From Dehalococcoidia bacterium (GTDB lineage Bacteria; Chloroflexota; Dehalococcoidia; Lucifugimonadales; UBA3495): a stretch of 63,495 nt of DNA. The translations under genes were made by a program, and so were the position numbers. The stretch covers positions 1 through 63,495 of the forward strand of contig DAOUHR010000157.1 in the NCBI GenBank assembly GCA_034428635.1. Direction: 5' to 3'. Shown piece by piece: positions 18,713 through 27,561 of the stretch (positions are counted from its first letter, which is position 1; each line of letters begins with the position of its first letter). Under the pieces are notes generated by a model. The model was not told where the DNA came from and searched no databases. It worked only from the letters and a program-made list of their open reading frames with translations.

Positions 18713-20785
18713 ATGGCCACTTTAACCGATGTAATTGAACGGCCAACCAGTCAATCCGGACTGTGGAGCTGGATTACGACGGTTGACCACAAAAGAATAG
18801 GCGTACTTTATGGTGTTACCGCCTTCATCTTCCTGCTCTTGGGCGGAATTGAGGCGGGAATAATCCGGTTGCAGCTTTCCGTGCCTGACAGCACGTTAGT
18901 CAGTCCGGATACTTTCAACCAGATGTTTACCATGCACGGCACCACCATGATCTTCCTGGTGATCATGCCGTTGAGCGCCAGTTTCTTCAACTTCGTTATT
19001 CCTTTGGCAATCGGCGCCAGGGATGTGGCCTTCCCCCGGCTGAATGCCTTCAGTTACTGGGTTTTCCTGTTCGGCGGGTTGCTGCTTAATGCCAGCTTCC
19101 TTACCAATCAGGCCCCCGACGCTGGCTGGTTTTCTTACGCCAACCTTACCGAAAAGCCCTTCAGCGCCAACCAGGGCCTCGATTATTGGGCTCTGGGCCT
19201 GCAGGTGCTGGGCGTTTCCTCCCTGGCCGCGGCGTTTAACTTCATAGTAACCATCGTCAACATGCGGGCTCCCGGCATGAGCCTAATGCGGATGCCCCTG
19301 TTTGTCTGGATGACCCTGGTCACTTCAATCCTTCTGGTCCTCGCCTTCCCGGTGATTACCGTGGGGCTCATTGAACTGACCCTTGACCGTAACTTCGGCA
19401 CAAACTTCTTCGTGCCCGAAGGCGGCGGAGACCCCATTCTGTGGCAGCACCTGTTCTGGGTGTTCGGCCATCCCGAAGTGTATATTCTGATTCTTCCTGC
19501 CATGGGCATTGTCTCGGAAGTACTGCCCACCTTTTCCCGGAAGCCGCTTTTTGGTTACCCGGTGGTTGTCTTCTCCGGCGTGGTAATCGGCATCATGGGC
19601 TGGGCCGTTTGGAGCCACCACATGTTCACGGTGGGTCTCGGCCCCGTAGCCGTCACCGTCTTCATGATCACAACCATGCTCATTGCAGTCCCCACGGGTG
19701 TAAAGATTTTCAACTGGATTGGCACCCTGTGGGGCGGACAGATTGACCTTAAGACGGCCATGCTCTTTTCCCTTGGATTCGTGGCCCTGTTCATAGTGGG
19801 CGGCCTTAGCGGAGTGTCCCACGCGGTGGCTCCTTCGGATAATCAGCAGCAGGATACTTACTATATTGTCGCTCACATCCACTACGTGCTGTTCGGCGGC
19901 TCCCTGTTTGGAATTTTCTCCGGTGTTTACTACTGGTTCCCCAAGCTTACCGGCAGGCTTTTCAATGAAGGGTTAGGCAAGCTGCATTTTTGGCTGTATT
20001 TCATTGGAATGAACGTTACGTTCTTCCCGATGCACTACTTGGGTTTGAACGGTATGCCCCGCCGGATTTATACCTATGCCAGTGAATTTGGCTGGGACGG
20101 GTTGAATTTGCTGGCCTCCCTGGGCTATCTGGTTCTTTTCGCGGGTACCTTGATCTTCGTGATTAACGTGTTGATAAGCCTGCGCAAGGAACCCGATGCC
20201 GGGCATGATCCGTGGGATGCCCCAGGCCTGGAATGGAGTATTGCCTCACCGCCACCGAGTTATAACTTTGCAAAGATTCCCGAGGTAGAAGGCCTGGACC
20301 ACTACTGGATCGTCAAGCGTCGGGCTGCGGCAGAGGGCCGGCCCGTCACGGAACCGGAAGCCTATGTGGACCCCAGCACAATCCATATGCCGGATCCCTC
20401 TTACTGGCCGCTGATAACTGCCATAGGTGTGCTTGTTCTGGCAGCGGGAATGTTGTTCGATACCGGGTGGGACTATATCCGGTTCCCGATACCCTTTATC
20501 GGCGGCATCATCTGTTTTATTGGAATAATTGGCTGGTCCAATGAGCCGCCGGCCCGGGAGCATGCCGGTGGAGACCACCATGCGGAGGGTGACCACGGTC
20601 GCGAACCGCACGCCGTAACCGCGACCACAACAGCTGTAATGGAACGCCCTGCCGGGACGGCCTCACTTACAGTCCGGCTGCTTTGCTCCAATTGCGGCAA
20701 TCAATTGTCATCGTCTTTCCGATTCTGCCCCTATTGCGGCGGAGCGGTTGAAAATCCCGCTGAACCAGACCACCAGGAGGGGTAG
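18713..20785 (+). CDS. coxA: Cytochrome c oxidase subunit I (type A1) with extra TM helices and a His-rich/zinc-ribbon C-terminal tail
   Basis: TTVDHKRIG, MHGTTMIF, D-channel DVAFPRLN, GHPEVY, WSHHMF, K-channel PTGVKIF, AHIHY, GMPRR; tail CSNC...FCPYC. Confidence 0.97.
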   Translation: MATLTDVIERPTSQSGLWSWITTVDHKRIGVLYGVTAFIFLLLGGIEAGIIRLQLSVPDSTLVSPDTFNQMFTMHGTTMIFLVIMPLSASFFNFVIPLAIGARDVAFPRLNAFSYWVFLFGGLLLNASFLTNQAPDAGWFSYANLTEKPFSANQGLDYWALGLQVLGVSSLAAAFNFIVTIVNMRAPGMSLMRMPLFVWMTLVTSILLVLAFPVITVGLIELTLDRNFGTNFFVPEGGGDPILWQHLFWVFGHPEVYILILPAMGIVSEVLPTFSRKPLFGYPVVVFSGVVIGIMGWAVWSHHMFTVGLGPVAVTVFMITTMLIAVPTGVKIFNWIGTLWGGQIDLKTAMLFSLGFVALFIVGGLSGVSHAVAPSDNQQQDTYYIVAHIHYVLFGGSLFGIFSGVYYWFPKLTGRLFNEGLGKLHFWLYFIGMNVTFFPMHYLGLNGMPRRIYTYASEFGWDGLNLLASLGYLVLFAGTLIFVINVLISLRKEPDAGHDPWDAPGLEWSIASPPPSYNFAKIPEVEGLDHYWIVKRRAAAEGRPVTEPEAYVDPSTIHMPDPSYWPLITAIGVLVLAAGMLFDTGWDYIRFPIPFIGGIICFIGIIGWSNEPPAREHAGGDHHAEGDHGREPHAVTATTTAVMERPAGTASLTVRLLCSNCGNQLSSSFRFCPYCGGAVENPAEPDHQEG

Positions 20786-20787
20786 AG

Positions 20788-21468
20788 TTGGCCCACCAAA
20801 CGGAAATGACCCATCACGCTCCCGAGGAGGAGCACCCGACTACAACGGGTATCAACAACCGCAAGTTGTTGATGTGGGTGTTCCTGTCGTCGGACTGCCT
20901 GTTCTTTGGTTCACTGATTGCGACTTACATGGTTTACCGGGGTCAAAGCCTTGTGGGGCCCTACCCGGTGGACATTATCGACGTTCCCGTTACCACCATC
21001 AGCACCTTCGTCCTGCTTTGCAGTAGTTTCGCCATGGTGAGGGCGCTGGCTGCCACCAACGAGGACCGGCAGGGTGCAATAATTGTTTGGCTTTTGCTGA
21101 CGGCGTTTCTTGGGGCCATATTTATCGGGTTCCAGGTCTATGAGTTTAACCTGTTCCGGGAGGAGGGTCTGCGGATTGATACCAACCTGTTTGGTACAAC
21201 CTTCTTCACCCTGACCGGGTTCCACGGGGCCCACGTTACTCTTGGTATCGTCTGGCTGCTTGGTCTTGCCTGGATTGCCAAGAAGGGGCGCCTGGGGCCT
21301 AAGACCGCCCTGGACGTAGAACTGGCCGGCCTTTACTGGCACTTTGTCGATATCGTCTGGATCGTAATCTTTACCCTTTTGTACCTGATTGGCGGGTTCG
21401 ACACCGGCCCGGCCGGAGACCCGTCCCTGGTCCCACACTCGATCACCGGCTTGCTGGGTCTGATCTAA
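20788..21468 (+). CDS. coxC: Cytochrome c oxidase subunit III (short form)
   Basis: MWVFLSSDCLFFGSLI, FFTLTGFHGAHV, GLYWHFVDIVW. Confidence 0.95.
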   Translation: MAHQTEMTHHAPEEEHPTTTGINNRKLLMWVFLSSDCLFFGSLIATYMVYRGQSLVGPYPVDIIDVPVTTISTFVLLCSSFAMVRALAATNEDRQGAIIVWLLLTAFLGAIFIGFQVYEFNLFREEGLRIDTNLFGTTFFTLTGFHGAHVTLGIVWLLGLAWIAKKGRLGPKTALDVELAGLYWHFVDIVWIVIFTLLYLIGGFDTGPAGDPSLVPHSITGLLGLI

Positions 21469-21481
21469 GGAGATACGGCGC

Positions 21482-22291
21482 ATGAGCAGCGACCCCGGGG
21501 TTCACGAATCCCGCCACCCTACGCTCAAACAGTATGTGTGGATTGCCATATTCCTGTTTGTCGTAACTTTAGTTGAGTTCGTGATCATCCTGCCTGAGGA
21601 TTTCCGAGGACAGGGCTGGACCATCGCTCCCCTGGCCTTACTGTCGGCCATCAAGTTCGCCGCCGTTATCTTCTTCTACATGCATTTGAAGTTCGACAGT
21701 CGGCTGCTGACGTGGGTCTTCCTGGGTGGTCTGGCGTTGGGCTTTGCCGTGGTATTCGCATTGATTGGCTTGTTCGGTACCTTCACGCCATCTCCCAGGG
21801 CTTGGGCAGAGGACCATGCCAAACCCTGCACTTTCGACCATGAATATGTCTGTGTCGAGTACAGGCCCACGGCGACTCCGCTCCCTGCTCCCACCCCTGA
21901 GGGCGGCGTTGCCCCGACTTCGGTTCCGGCTCCAGACTCGGCGGCCGCGGCTGGCTCCGGCGAACTGTTGGGAATTGGCCAGCAGATTTTCCTTACCGGG
22001 CAGGGTGAGGGAACTGCCACGGGATGCTATACCTGCCATACGATTGCTGGATTGGAGGGCGCTTCCGGTTTGCTGGGCCCCGACTTGACCACCATAGGCG
22101 CCGACGCGGCCAATCGGCAGCCGGGTGTATCCGCAGAAGACTACTTGAGGCAGTCGATCACTGAGCCGGAAAGCTTTGTTGCTGAAGGGGTCGAAAGAGC
22201 CGTCCCGGGCTTGATGCTGTCTGCCTTGACCGGAGGTCTGACCGATAACGACGTGAACGCCCTGGTAGCTTTCTTGTTGGAGCAAAAATAA
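21482..22291 (+). CDS. Cytochrome c oxidase subunit IV (CtaF-like) fused to a C-terminal class I cytochrome c
   Basis: N-terminal QYVWIAIFLFVVTLVE...KFAAVIFFYMHLKFDSRLL (subunit IV signature), then a Pro-rich linker, CYTCH...GPDL...YLRQSI..P...VPGLM. Confidence 0.85.
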   Translation: MSSDPGVHESRHPTLKQYVWIAIFLFVVTLVEFVIILPEDFRGQGWTIAPLALLSAIKFAAVIFFYMHLKFDSRLLTWVFLGGLALGFAVVFALIGLFGTFTPSPRAWAEDHAKPCTFDHEYVCVEYRPTATPLPAPTPEGGVAPTSVPAPDSAAAAGSGELLGIGQQIFLTGQGEGTATGCYTCHTIAGLEGASGLLGPDLTTIGADAANRQPGVSAEDYLRQSITEPESFVAEGVERAVPGLMLSALTGGLTDNDVNALVAFLLEQK

Positions 22292-22346
22292 CGAGATCTG
22301 ACCGCTGGCACTCTTTCGTTCAACTGGAACTGCTGAAACCGTCGAC

Positions 22347-22374
22347 CGCCCGTCACAGTCGGGCGGTTTTTCTT
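22347..22374 (+). terminator. Intrinsic terminator of the oxidase operon
   Basis: accgcccg-tcacagt-cgggcggt followed by ttttcttt. Confidence 0.75.
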
Positions 22375-22451
22375 TGGCCCTTCCTGTGCTAACCTTTTTT
22401 CTAGTATCGGCTTCATCCCCATCCCTTGCGCACGGTTGCAGGAGGGTGAAT

Positions 22452-22790
22452 ATGGCTAAAATTCTTCACCTCATTACGGAGCAGGACTGGGAGTCCGCTC
22501 GCGACGCCTGCCAATGGCGCCCCGGCAGCCTGGCTGAAGAAGGATTTATCCATTGTTCTGCGGACGAAGAGCAGGCAATGCGGGTTGTGGCGCGTCTATA
22601 CCCGGACCGCACCGATATGCTTGCCCTGGAAGTGGATACCGATAAGCTAAATTATTCGGTTGTCTCCGAACCAAGCCGTTCCGGTGAGATTTACCCCCAC
22701 ATTTATGGTCCTCTGGAAATGAGCGCTGTCGTTATGGTCTGGCGTGTCAATGCAGACGGGCAGGGCGGCTACGCTCTATCCGATCAATAG
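22452..22790 (+). CDS. DUF952 family protein
   Basis: Start reassigned to ATG 22452 (GGAGG RBS). ILHLIT..DWESA, SLAEEGFIHCS, EIYPHIYGPL. Confidence 0.88.
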   Translation: MAKILHLITEQDWESARDACQWRPGSLAEEGFIHCSADEEQAMRVVARLYPDRTDMLALEVDTDKLNYSVVSEPSRSGEIYPHIYGPLEMSAVVMVWRVNADGQGGYALSDQ

Positions 22791-22884
22791 AGTCTGGCGT
22801 TGCCGACAGTCCTTTCCCGAAGCCAACATATCATCCCTGACCAGCGTTCTAATCCGCTGCTTCAGGGGAAGCCAAGGCAGCGCT

Positions 22885-23901
22885 ATGGCTGACTACACTG
22901 ATGTGGAAATGGCCCGCCTGCGCTCGGCTCTCGTCAACTTCCGGACACTTTCTAATGACGACCTCCAGGAGATTGGCCGCGCCATTGAAGCTGGCCACTG
23001 TCCTCCCCACCTGGGGCCCTTCTGGCGGCTGGCGTCGTCCGATAACGACCACGCCGCCGCCGCCGATCTGTTTCGCAAACTTGAGGGCGATCGCCTCGTG
23101 GCGAGCTACTCATGCTACGGCTTTTTCCCTGGCATTCACTCCCGGCTGTACCAACAGGGTGAGCGCCCCGAGTTCTGGCTTGATGGCCGGACGCGCGGCC
23201 AGGTGGCGCTGTTCCGGTTCGCCAGCGGGAAAGGGTTTGTGGTCAAGCCCCTGCAAAGTCGAAGGGAGGCAGAAATCGCCCGCCTCGCGGGGGACGCCGG
23301 GGTCGGCCCCCACCAATTTACGTCGCTGGAAGGTTTCCTGGTAGAAGAACTGGTGAATGGCCGGTTTATTACAGAGTACGCCGAAGAAGAACTGGATGAC
23401 GGTCTGATTTTCCAAATTGGCCTCACCTTGGGTTCCATGCTTTCAACTCTGCACAACGCAGGTATCTGCTACAACGATGCCACCCTGTCCGACCCGGACG
23501 GCCGCTCCCACCTGTTCGTCCGACTGCCGGATGAGAACCGGCCCGGGCAGCCTCCCGCCTGTACACTCATTGACTTTGGGGTGTCCGTATTCCTGGACAG
23601 GTTTCCTTACCTGGAGTTGGAAGAGGTCTTCAACCTGGTGCGGACAACCCCTGAATACCGTTTTGTGTCCCGCCTGGGACTGCGGGGAAATGAACTTAGC
23701 CGATTTCTGGTCCAGTACCGGCAGAGATTGTCTGCCAGCGACAAGGAAGAAATCCTGGCTCGCGACCTGCGCTTTACTCAGGAAGGGTTGCAGCAGGCTT
23801 CCCGCAGCATGGGCGCGGGCATAATTGCCCCGTTCCAGCAGGGGTTCACCGAGGGCTACGACAGGAAGGGTTGGTATTCGCATCCACCGGTGGTAGGATG
23901 A
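22885..23901 (+). CDS. Atypical protein-kinase-like fold protein (Bud32/RIO/Kdo-like)
   Basis: Start reassigned to ATG 22885. FVVKP (beta3 Lys), RREAE (helix C Glu), LVEELVNG, LHNAGICYND, LIDFG. Confidence 0.6.
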   Translation: MADYTDVEMARLRSALVNFRTLSNDDLQEIGRAIEAGHCPPHLGPFWRLASSDNDHAAAADLFRKLEGDRLVASYSCYGFFPGIHSRLYQQGERPEFWLDGRTRGQVALFRFASGKGFVVKPLQSRREAEIARLAGDAGVGPHQFTSLEGFLVEELVNGRFITEYAEEELDDGLIFQIGLTLGSMLSTLHNAGICYNDATLSDPDGRSHLFVRLPDENRPGQPPACTLIDFGVSVFLDRFPYLELEEVFNLVRTTPEYRFVSRLGLRGNELSRFLVQYRQRLSASDKEEILARDLRFTQEGLQQASRSMGAGIIAPFQQGFTEGYDRKGWYSHPPVVG

Positions 23902-23934
23902 TGCAGTTCTCGACCCGTACAAGGAGCTTTTGGC

Positions 23935-24630
23935 ATGAAGACTGAAAGACACGATGGCAGTAGCCTGCCTTTTCTGACGGTGCTCCCCGACGATTACGAT
24001 CCCGCTGTCAGCTACCCTCTGGTGATAATGCTGCACGGTTTTGGGGCCCATATGGGTGACCTGGCCGGCCTGGCGCCCGCCATTGAGGACAAGGGTTACG
24101 TGTATGCCTGCCCCAACGCGCCCCTGGCGTTCGACTTCGGCGGTGGCCATACCGGCTACGGCTGGATGCCCCGGCAGAATGTGGCCAGCCCCGAGGAGGT
24201 CCAGACGGCGCGGGAAAAGTCAGAGGCGCTGCTCGAAGACTTTTTTGAGGAAGCTCTTGAAAAGCTGAATGCTGCCAGGGGCAAGGTGGCGTTGCTGGGC
24301 TTTTCCCAGGGAGGGGCCATGACCTACCGCTGCGGCCTGAAGAGTCCTGATGTGTTCGCCGGGTTGGTAGCCCTTAGCGCCGCCGTCTTCGATCCTGAAA
24401 TTCTGCGGTCGCGCCTGCCGGAAAATCGCGACCAGCCCGTATTTGTGGCCCACGGTATAAGGGATATGCAAATCGACGTGGAAACGGCCCGGTCCACCCG
24501 TGTTTTCCTTGAAGCTGAGGGGTACCAACCGGAGTACAGGGAATACAACATGGGTCACGAAATACCCTTCGAGGTTTTGCAGGACCTCATCCCCTGGCTC
24601 ACCGGCGTGCTGCCCCCCCTGCGGGACTAA
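23935..24630 (+). CDS. Phospholipase/carboxylesterase family alpha/beta hydrolase
   Basis: IMLHGFG, CPNAP, LLGFSQGG, VAHGIRD, YNMGHEI. Confidence 0.9.
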   Translation: MKTERHDGSSLPFLTVLPDDYDPAVSYPLVIMLHGFGAHMGDLAGLAPAIEDKGYVYACPNAPLAFDFGGGHTGYGWMPRQNVASPEEVQTAREKSEALLEDFFEEALEKLNAARGKVALLGFSQGGAMTYRCGLKSPDVFAGLVALSAAVFDPEILRSRLPENRDQPVFVAHGIRDMQIDVETARSTRVFLEAEGYQPEYREYNMGHEIPFEVLQDLIPWLTGVLPPLRD

Positions 24631-24720
24631 AAAGCCAGGGGAGTATGGGCATTTCCACATTGGGTAGGCAGGACTCCGGCCAGGGCGTCACATCGCCAAA
24701 ATGCTGTTCTGAACTCAAAC

Positions 24721-24748
24721 TGTGATTCTGAACGGAGTGGAGAATCTA
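24721..24748. repeat. Short palindromic repeat, family B (TGTSATTCTGAACGGAGTGRAGAATCTA); second copy at 54104-54131
   Basis: The two copies match at 26/28 nt. Confidence 0.7.
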
Positions 24749-24847
24749 GAATTCCAAAGGCTTGGGGAGGTTCCCCAACAAGGCTTTTCGATACTTCGGC
24801 CTCAGTTTGATAGCTCAACTGTATCGTGATGATTGTTAGGGCGCTGG

Positions 24848-24947
24848 CCGTCATTCCGGCATTGAACTGGAATCCTGCTCCGTCCCTATTCTTTGCAGTT
24901 TACCCTTGGCAACCCTTCCGGATTTCGGCTCAAGGCCGGAATGACGG
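24848..24947. repeat. 100-bp element bounded by 13-bp perfect inverted repeats, family A (CCGTCATTCCGGC ... GCCGGAATGACGG)
   Basis: Two inverted family-A units between convergent genes. Confidence 0.7.
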
Positions 24948-24986
24948 TATCGGTCTAACAGGCATCATTTCAGACCCGTTGGGCAG

Positions 24987-26261
24987 CTAATATATGACCT
25001 GTCCATCCTGTAACCGCTCAATCTCCCCCGCGGGCAAACCCAGCAACTCTCCGAGAATGTAATCGTTATGCTGCCCGAGCAAGGGCGCAGGTCTGCTGAT
25101 GCCGCCGGGCGTTGATCCCAGCAGCCAGGGCATCCCGTAGAGCCACTCAATGCCGACGTGCGGGTGCTCAATCTCCAGGTATGCCTGCCGTTCCTGAAGA
25201 TGTGGGTCGACAAACTGGTCTTCAATGTTCATTACCGGCATTGCAGCCACGCCCTGGGCCTGCAAGAGGTCCGTAATTTCCTGGGCGGTCTGCTGCCGCG
25301 TCCAGGCAGCCACCAGGGAGTCCAGTTCAAATATGTTTTCCAGGCGAGCGGCAAGGGTTTCAAACCTTTCCTCCGTGGCCCAGACAGGGCTACCCAGGGC
25401 ATGGCAGAAGCCTGCCCATTCCTCGTCGGTGCCCACGGCTATGGCCACCCAGCGGTCGGGTTCGGAGCAGGGGTAGTTGTTATGGGGGGCAAAGGCGGGG
25501 TCGAAGTTGCCTTGAGGGAGGGGTGCCGAGCCGGTCATCTGGTATTCCAGGAACGCCTCTCCCAGCATGGATGTGGTGGCTTCCAATTGGGCTACTTCAA
25601 TGAACTGGCCCTGCCCTGTCAAATTGCGGTGGCGCAGGGCGGCAACCGTTGCCAGCGCGGCGTGGATGGCTGCCACCACGTCACTCCAGGGAGCCTGCAG
25701 TTCTCCAACCAGCCGTTCATCTTCAGAGTAACCCACCACGCTCATCAGCCCGGACAGTGCCTGTATGATGGGGGCGTAAGCCAGCACGTCTCGCAGCGGG
25801 CCGACTTCACCCATGGCCGGCATGGATACCAGGATGATGTCGGGACGTAGTTCCCGCAATTCTGGGTAGGACAGCCCCAGTCGCTCCAGCACCCCCGGCG
25901 AGTAATTGTTTATGGCCACGTCGCTGCGGGCCAGCAACTCTCGGACCAGCGCCAGGCCCTCATCGGTCTTCAAGTTCAGGGTCAGGCCGAGTTTGTTGCG
26001 GTTTATGCCATGAAAGACGGGCTGCAATTCCGGCCATAATCCTCGGTCGCCGCCTGCTATGTCGTCGCCCACAATGGGCCTGCCCAGGCGCAGCCCATCC
26101 ATCCTTTCCCGGCTTTCCACCTTGATGACCTCAGCTCCCAGGTCCGCCAGAAGCTGGGCTGCCATCGGCCCGGCCCAGGCCGTGCCAAAGTCCACCACCC
26201 GGTAGCGGGACAGAGGCAGCCGGTCTTGGTCACTTAATCCCTGGATATTATTCGTTGTCAT
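24987..26261 (-). CDS. Family III (CaiB/BaiF) CoA-transferase, catalytic Asp present
   Basis: Start reassigned to ATG 26261. VVDFGTAWAGP, LGAEVIKVE, NRNKLGLTLNL, APWSDV, APLLGQHN. Confidence 0.92.
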   Translation of the reverse strand: MTTNNIQGLSDQDRLPLSRYRVVDFGTAWAGPMAAQLLADLGAEVIKVESRERMDGLRLGRPIVGDDIAGGDRGLWPELQPVFHGINRNKLGLTLNLKTDEGLALVRELLARSDVAINNYSPGVLERLGLSYPELRELRPDIILVSMPAMGEVGPLRDVLAYAPIIQALSGLMSVVGYSEDERLVGELQAPWSDVVAAIHAALATVAALRHRNLTGQGQFIEVAQLEATTSMLGEAFLEYQMTGSAPLPQGNFDPAFAPHNNYPCSEPDRWVAIAVGTDEEWAGFCHALGSPVWATEERFETLAARLENIFELDSLVAAWTRQQTAQEITDLLQAQGVAAMPVMNIEDQFVDPHLQERQAYLEIEHPHVGIEWLYGMPWLLGSTPGGISRPAPLLGQHNDYILGELLGLPAGEIERLQDGQVIY

Positions 26262-26304
26262 GCTTTCAGGGCGGAAAACTGGTCGGGATGGTGATTCGCC
26301 GGTT

Positions 26305-27561
26305 TCAGATTGTCCCCTCTTGGGACATTCTGTCCAGGTCCGGCATGCTGATTCCAAGCTCCCCTGCCAGTACTTCCTCATTGTGCTGACCCAGCCGCGG
26401 GGCCGGCCTGACCAGACGTGGGCCGGGCGCTGAAAACCGGTAAGGAAGGCCGGGGTAGCGGAATCTCCCTGCGGACTCGTGCTCTACATCAGCAAAAAAC
26501 TGCCGGTAAGTCAATTGCGGGTCTGCCAGGGCCTCGTCAAAGTTCTGTACCGGGACACAGGGGATACGGTTTGCCAGGCACGCCTCCAGGATTTCCTGCT
26601 TGGTGCGCTCCATGAACCAGGGTGCTATCAGGTCCTCCGCCTCCTCCGGGTACTGGTCGCTCATCGCCCTCCGGTCCCGGTAGCGAGGGTTCTCCATCCA
26701 GTCCTGCTCCCCCAGCAGGTCCAGGAACCTCCGGTACTGTTCCATTTGCGGCGCGTCGATACAGACGTAACCGTCCCTGCAGGGAAGCACGCAGTTGGGG
26801 AAAAGGCCCAGGCGCATCCGGTTGCCCGAGCGGAAGCCGGCCACACCCCGGTAAATATAGGTCGGCAGATGATACCCGGTCAGGAGAGTCCCAATCACCT
26901 GCGCCTCGGCCACGTCCACCGACTGGCCTTGCCCGGTCAGGTCTCGTCCCAGGAGGGCCACAATGCTGGCGAAGGCGGCGCCTACGCCGGCAAGGTAGCT
27001 GGCCTGGTGCAATGGAGTGGTCAGTGGCTCCCGGTGGGCATGGCCTGTTCCGAAGCTCAAGCCGCTCATGGCATTAGCGGTCAGGTCGGTGCCTTTGTAG
27101 CCCTTGTACGGCCCGGTACGGCCGTAGGGAGAGATTGAGGTGACTACCAGCGCTGGGCAGGATTCCTTCAAATAAGCGTAGTCCAGCCCAAGTTTTTCAA
27201 GCAGGGGCAGGGGCTGGTTTTCAACGAAGATATCCGCCGTTTCCAGCAGGCGGCCCAGGATCCGTCGTCCTTCGGTTGATTCGACATTGAGGGTGATGCC
27301 CCGCTTGTTCAGGTTGGCAAAGAGAAAGAGGCCGCTGTGTTCGGGATGAGGGACGCCACCTGGAAAGGGACCGCGGGTACGGCCTCCGTCTCCCGTCCTT
27401 GGCGGTTCTATTTTTGTGACGTCGGCCCCCAACTCGCCCAGCACCTTGCCGCAGAAGGGCGCAGAGACCAGGCTGCCCCACTCAACAACCCGGACTCCGG
27501 CAAGCGGGCCGCCGTACTCGGTTGGATCCGGTGGGCTCGACTGGGGCAGGGCCGATGTCAA
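26305..27561 (-). CDS. Family III CoA-transferase, catalytic Asp replaced (QASY)
   Basis: PLAGVRVVEW, LGADVTKIE, NLNKRGITL, PLHQASYLAG, APRLGQHN. Confidence 0.9.
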   Translation of the reverse strand: MTSALPQSSPPDPTEYGGPLAGVRVVEWGSLVSAPFCGKVLGELGADVTKIEPPRTGDGGRTRGPFPGGVPHPEHSGLFLFANLNKRGITLNVESTEGRRILGRLLETADIFVENQPLPLLEKLGLDYAYLKESCPALVVTSISPYGRTGPYKGYKGTDLTANAMSGLSFGTGHAHREPLTTPLHQASYLAGVGAAFASIVALLGRDLTGQGQSVDVAEAQVIGTLLTGYHLPTYIYRGVAGFRSGNRMRLGLFPNCVLPCRDGYVCIDAPQMEQYRRFLDLLGEQDWMENPRYRDRRAMSDQYPEEAEDLIAPWFMERTKQEILEACLANRIPCVPVQNFDEALADPQLTYRQFFADVEHESAGRFRYPGLPYRFSAPGPRLVRPAPRLGQHNEEVLAGELGISMPDLDRMSQEGTI

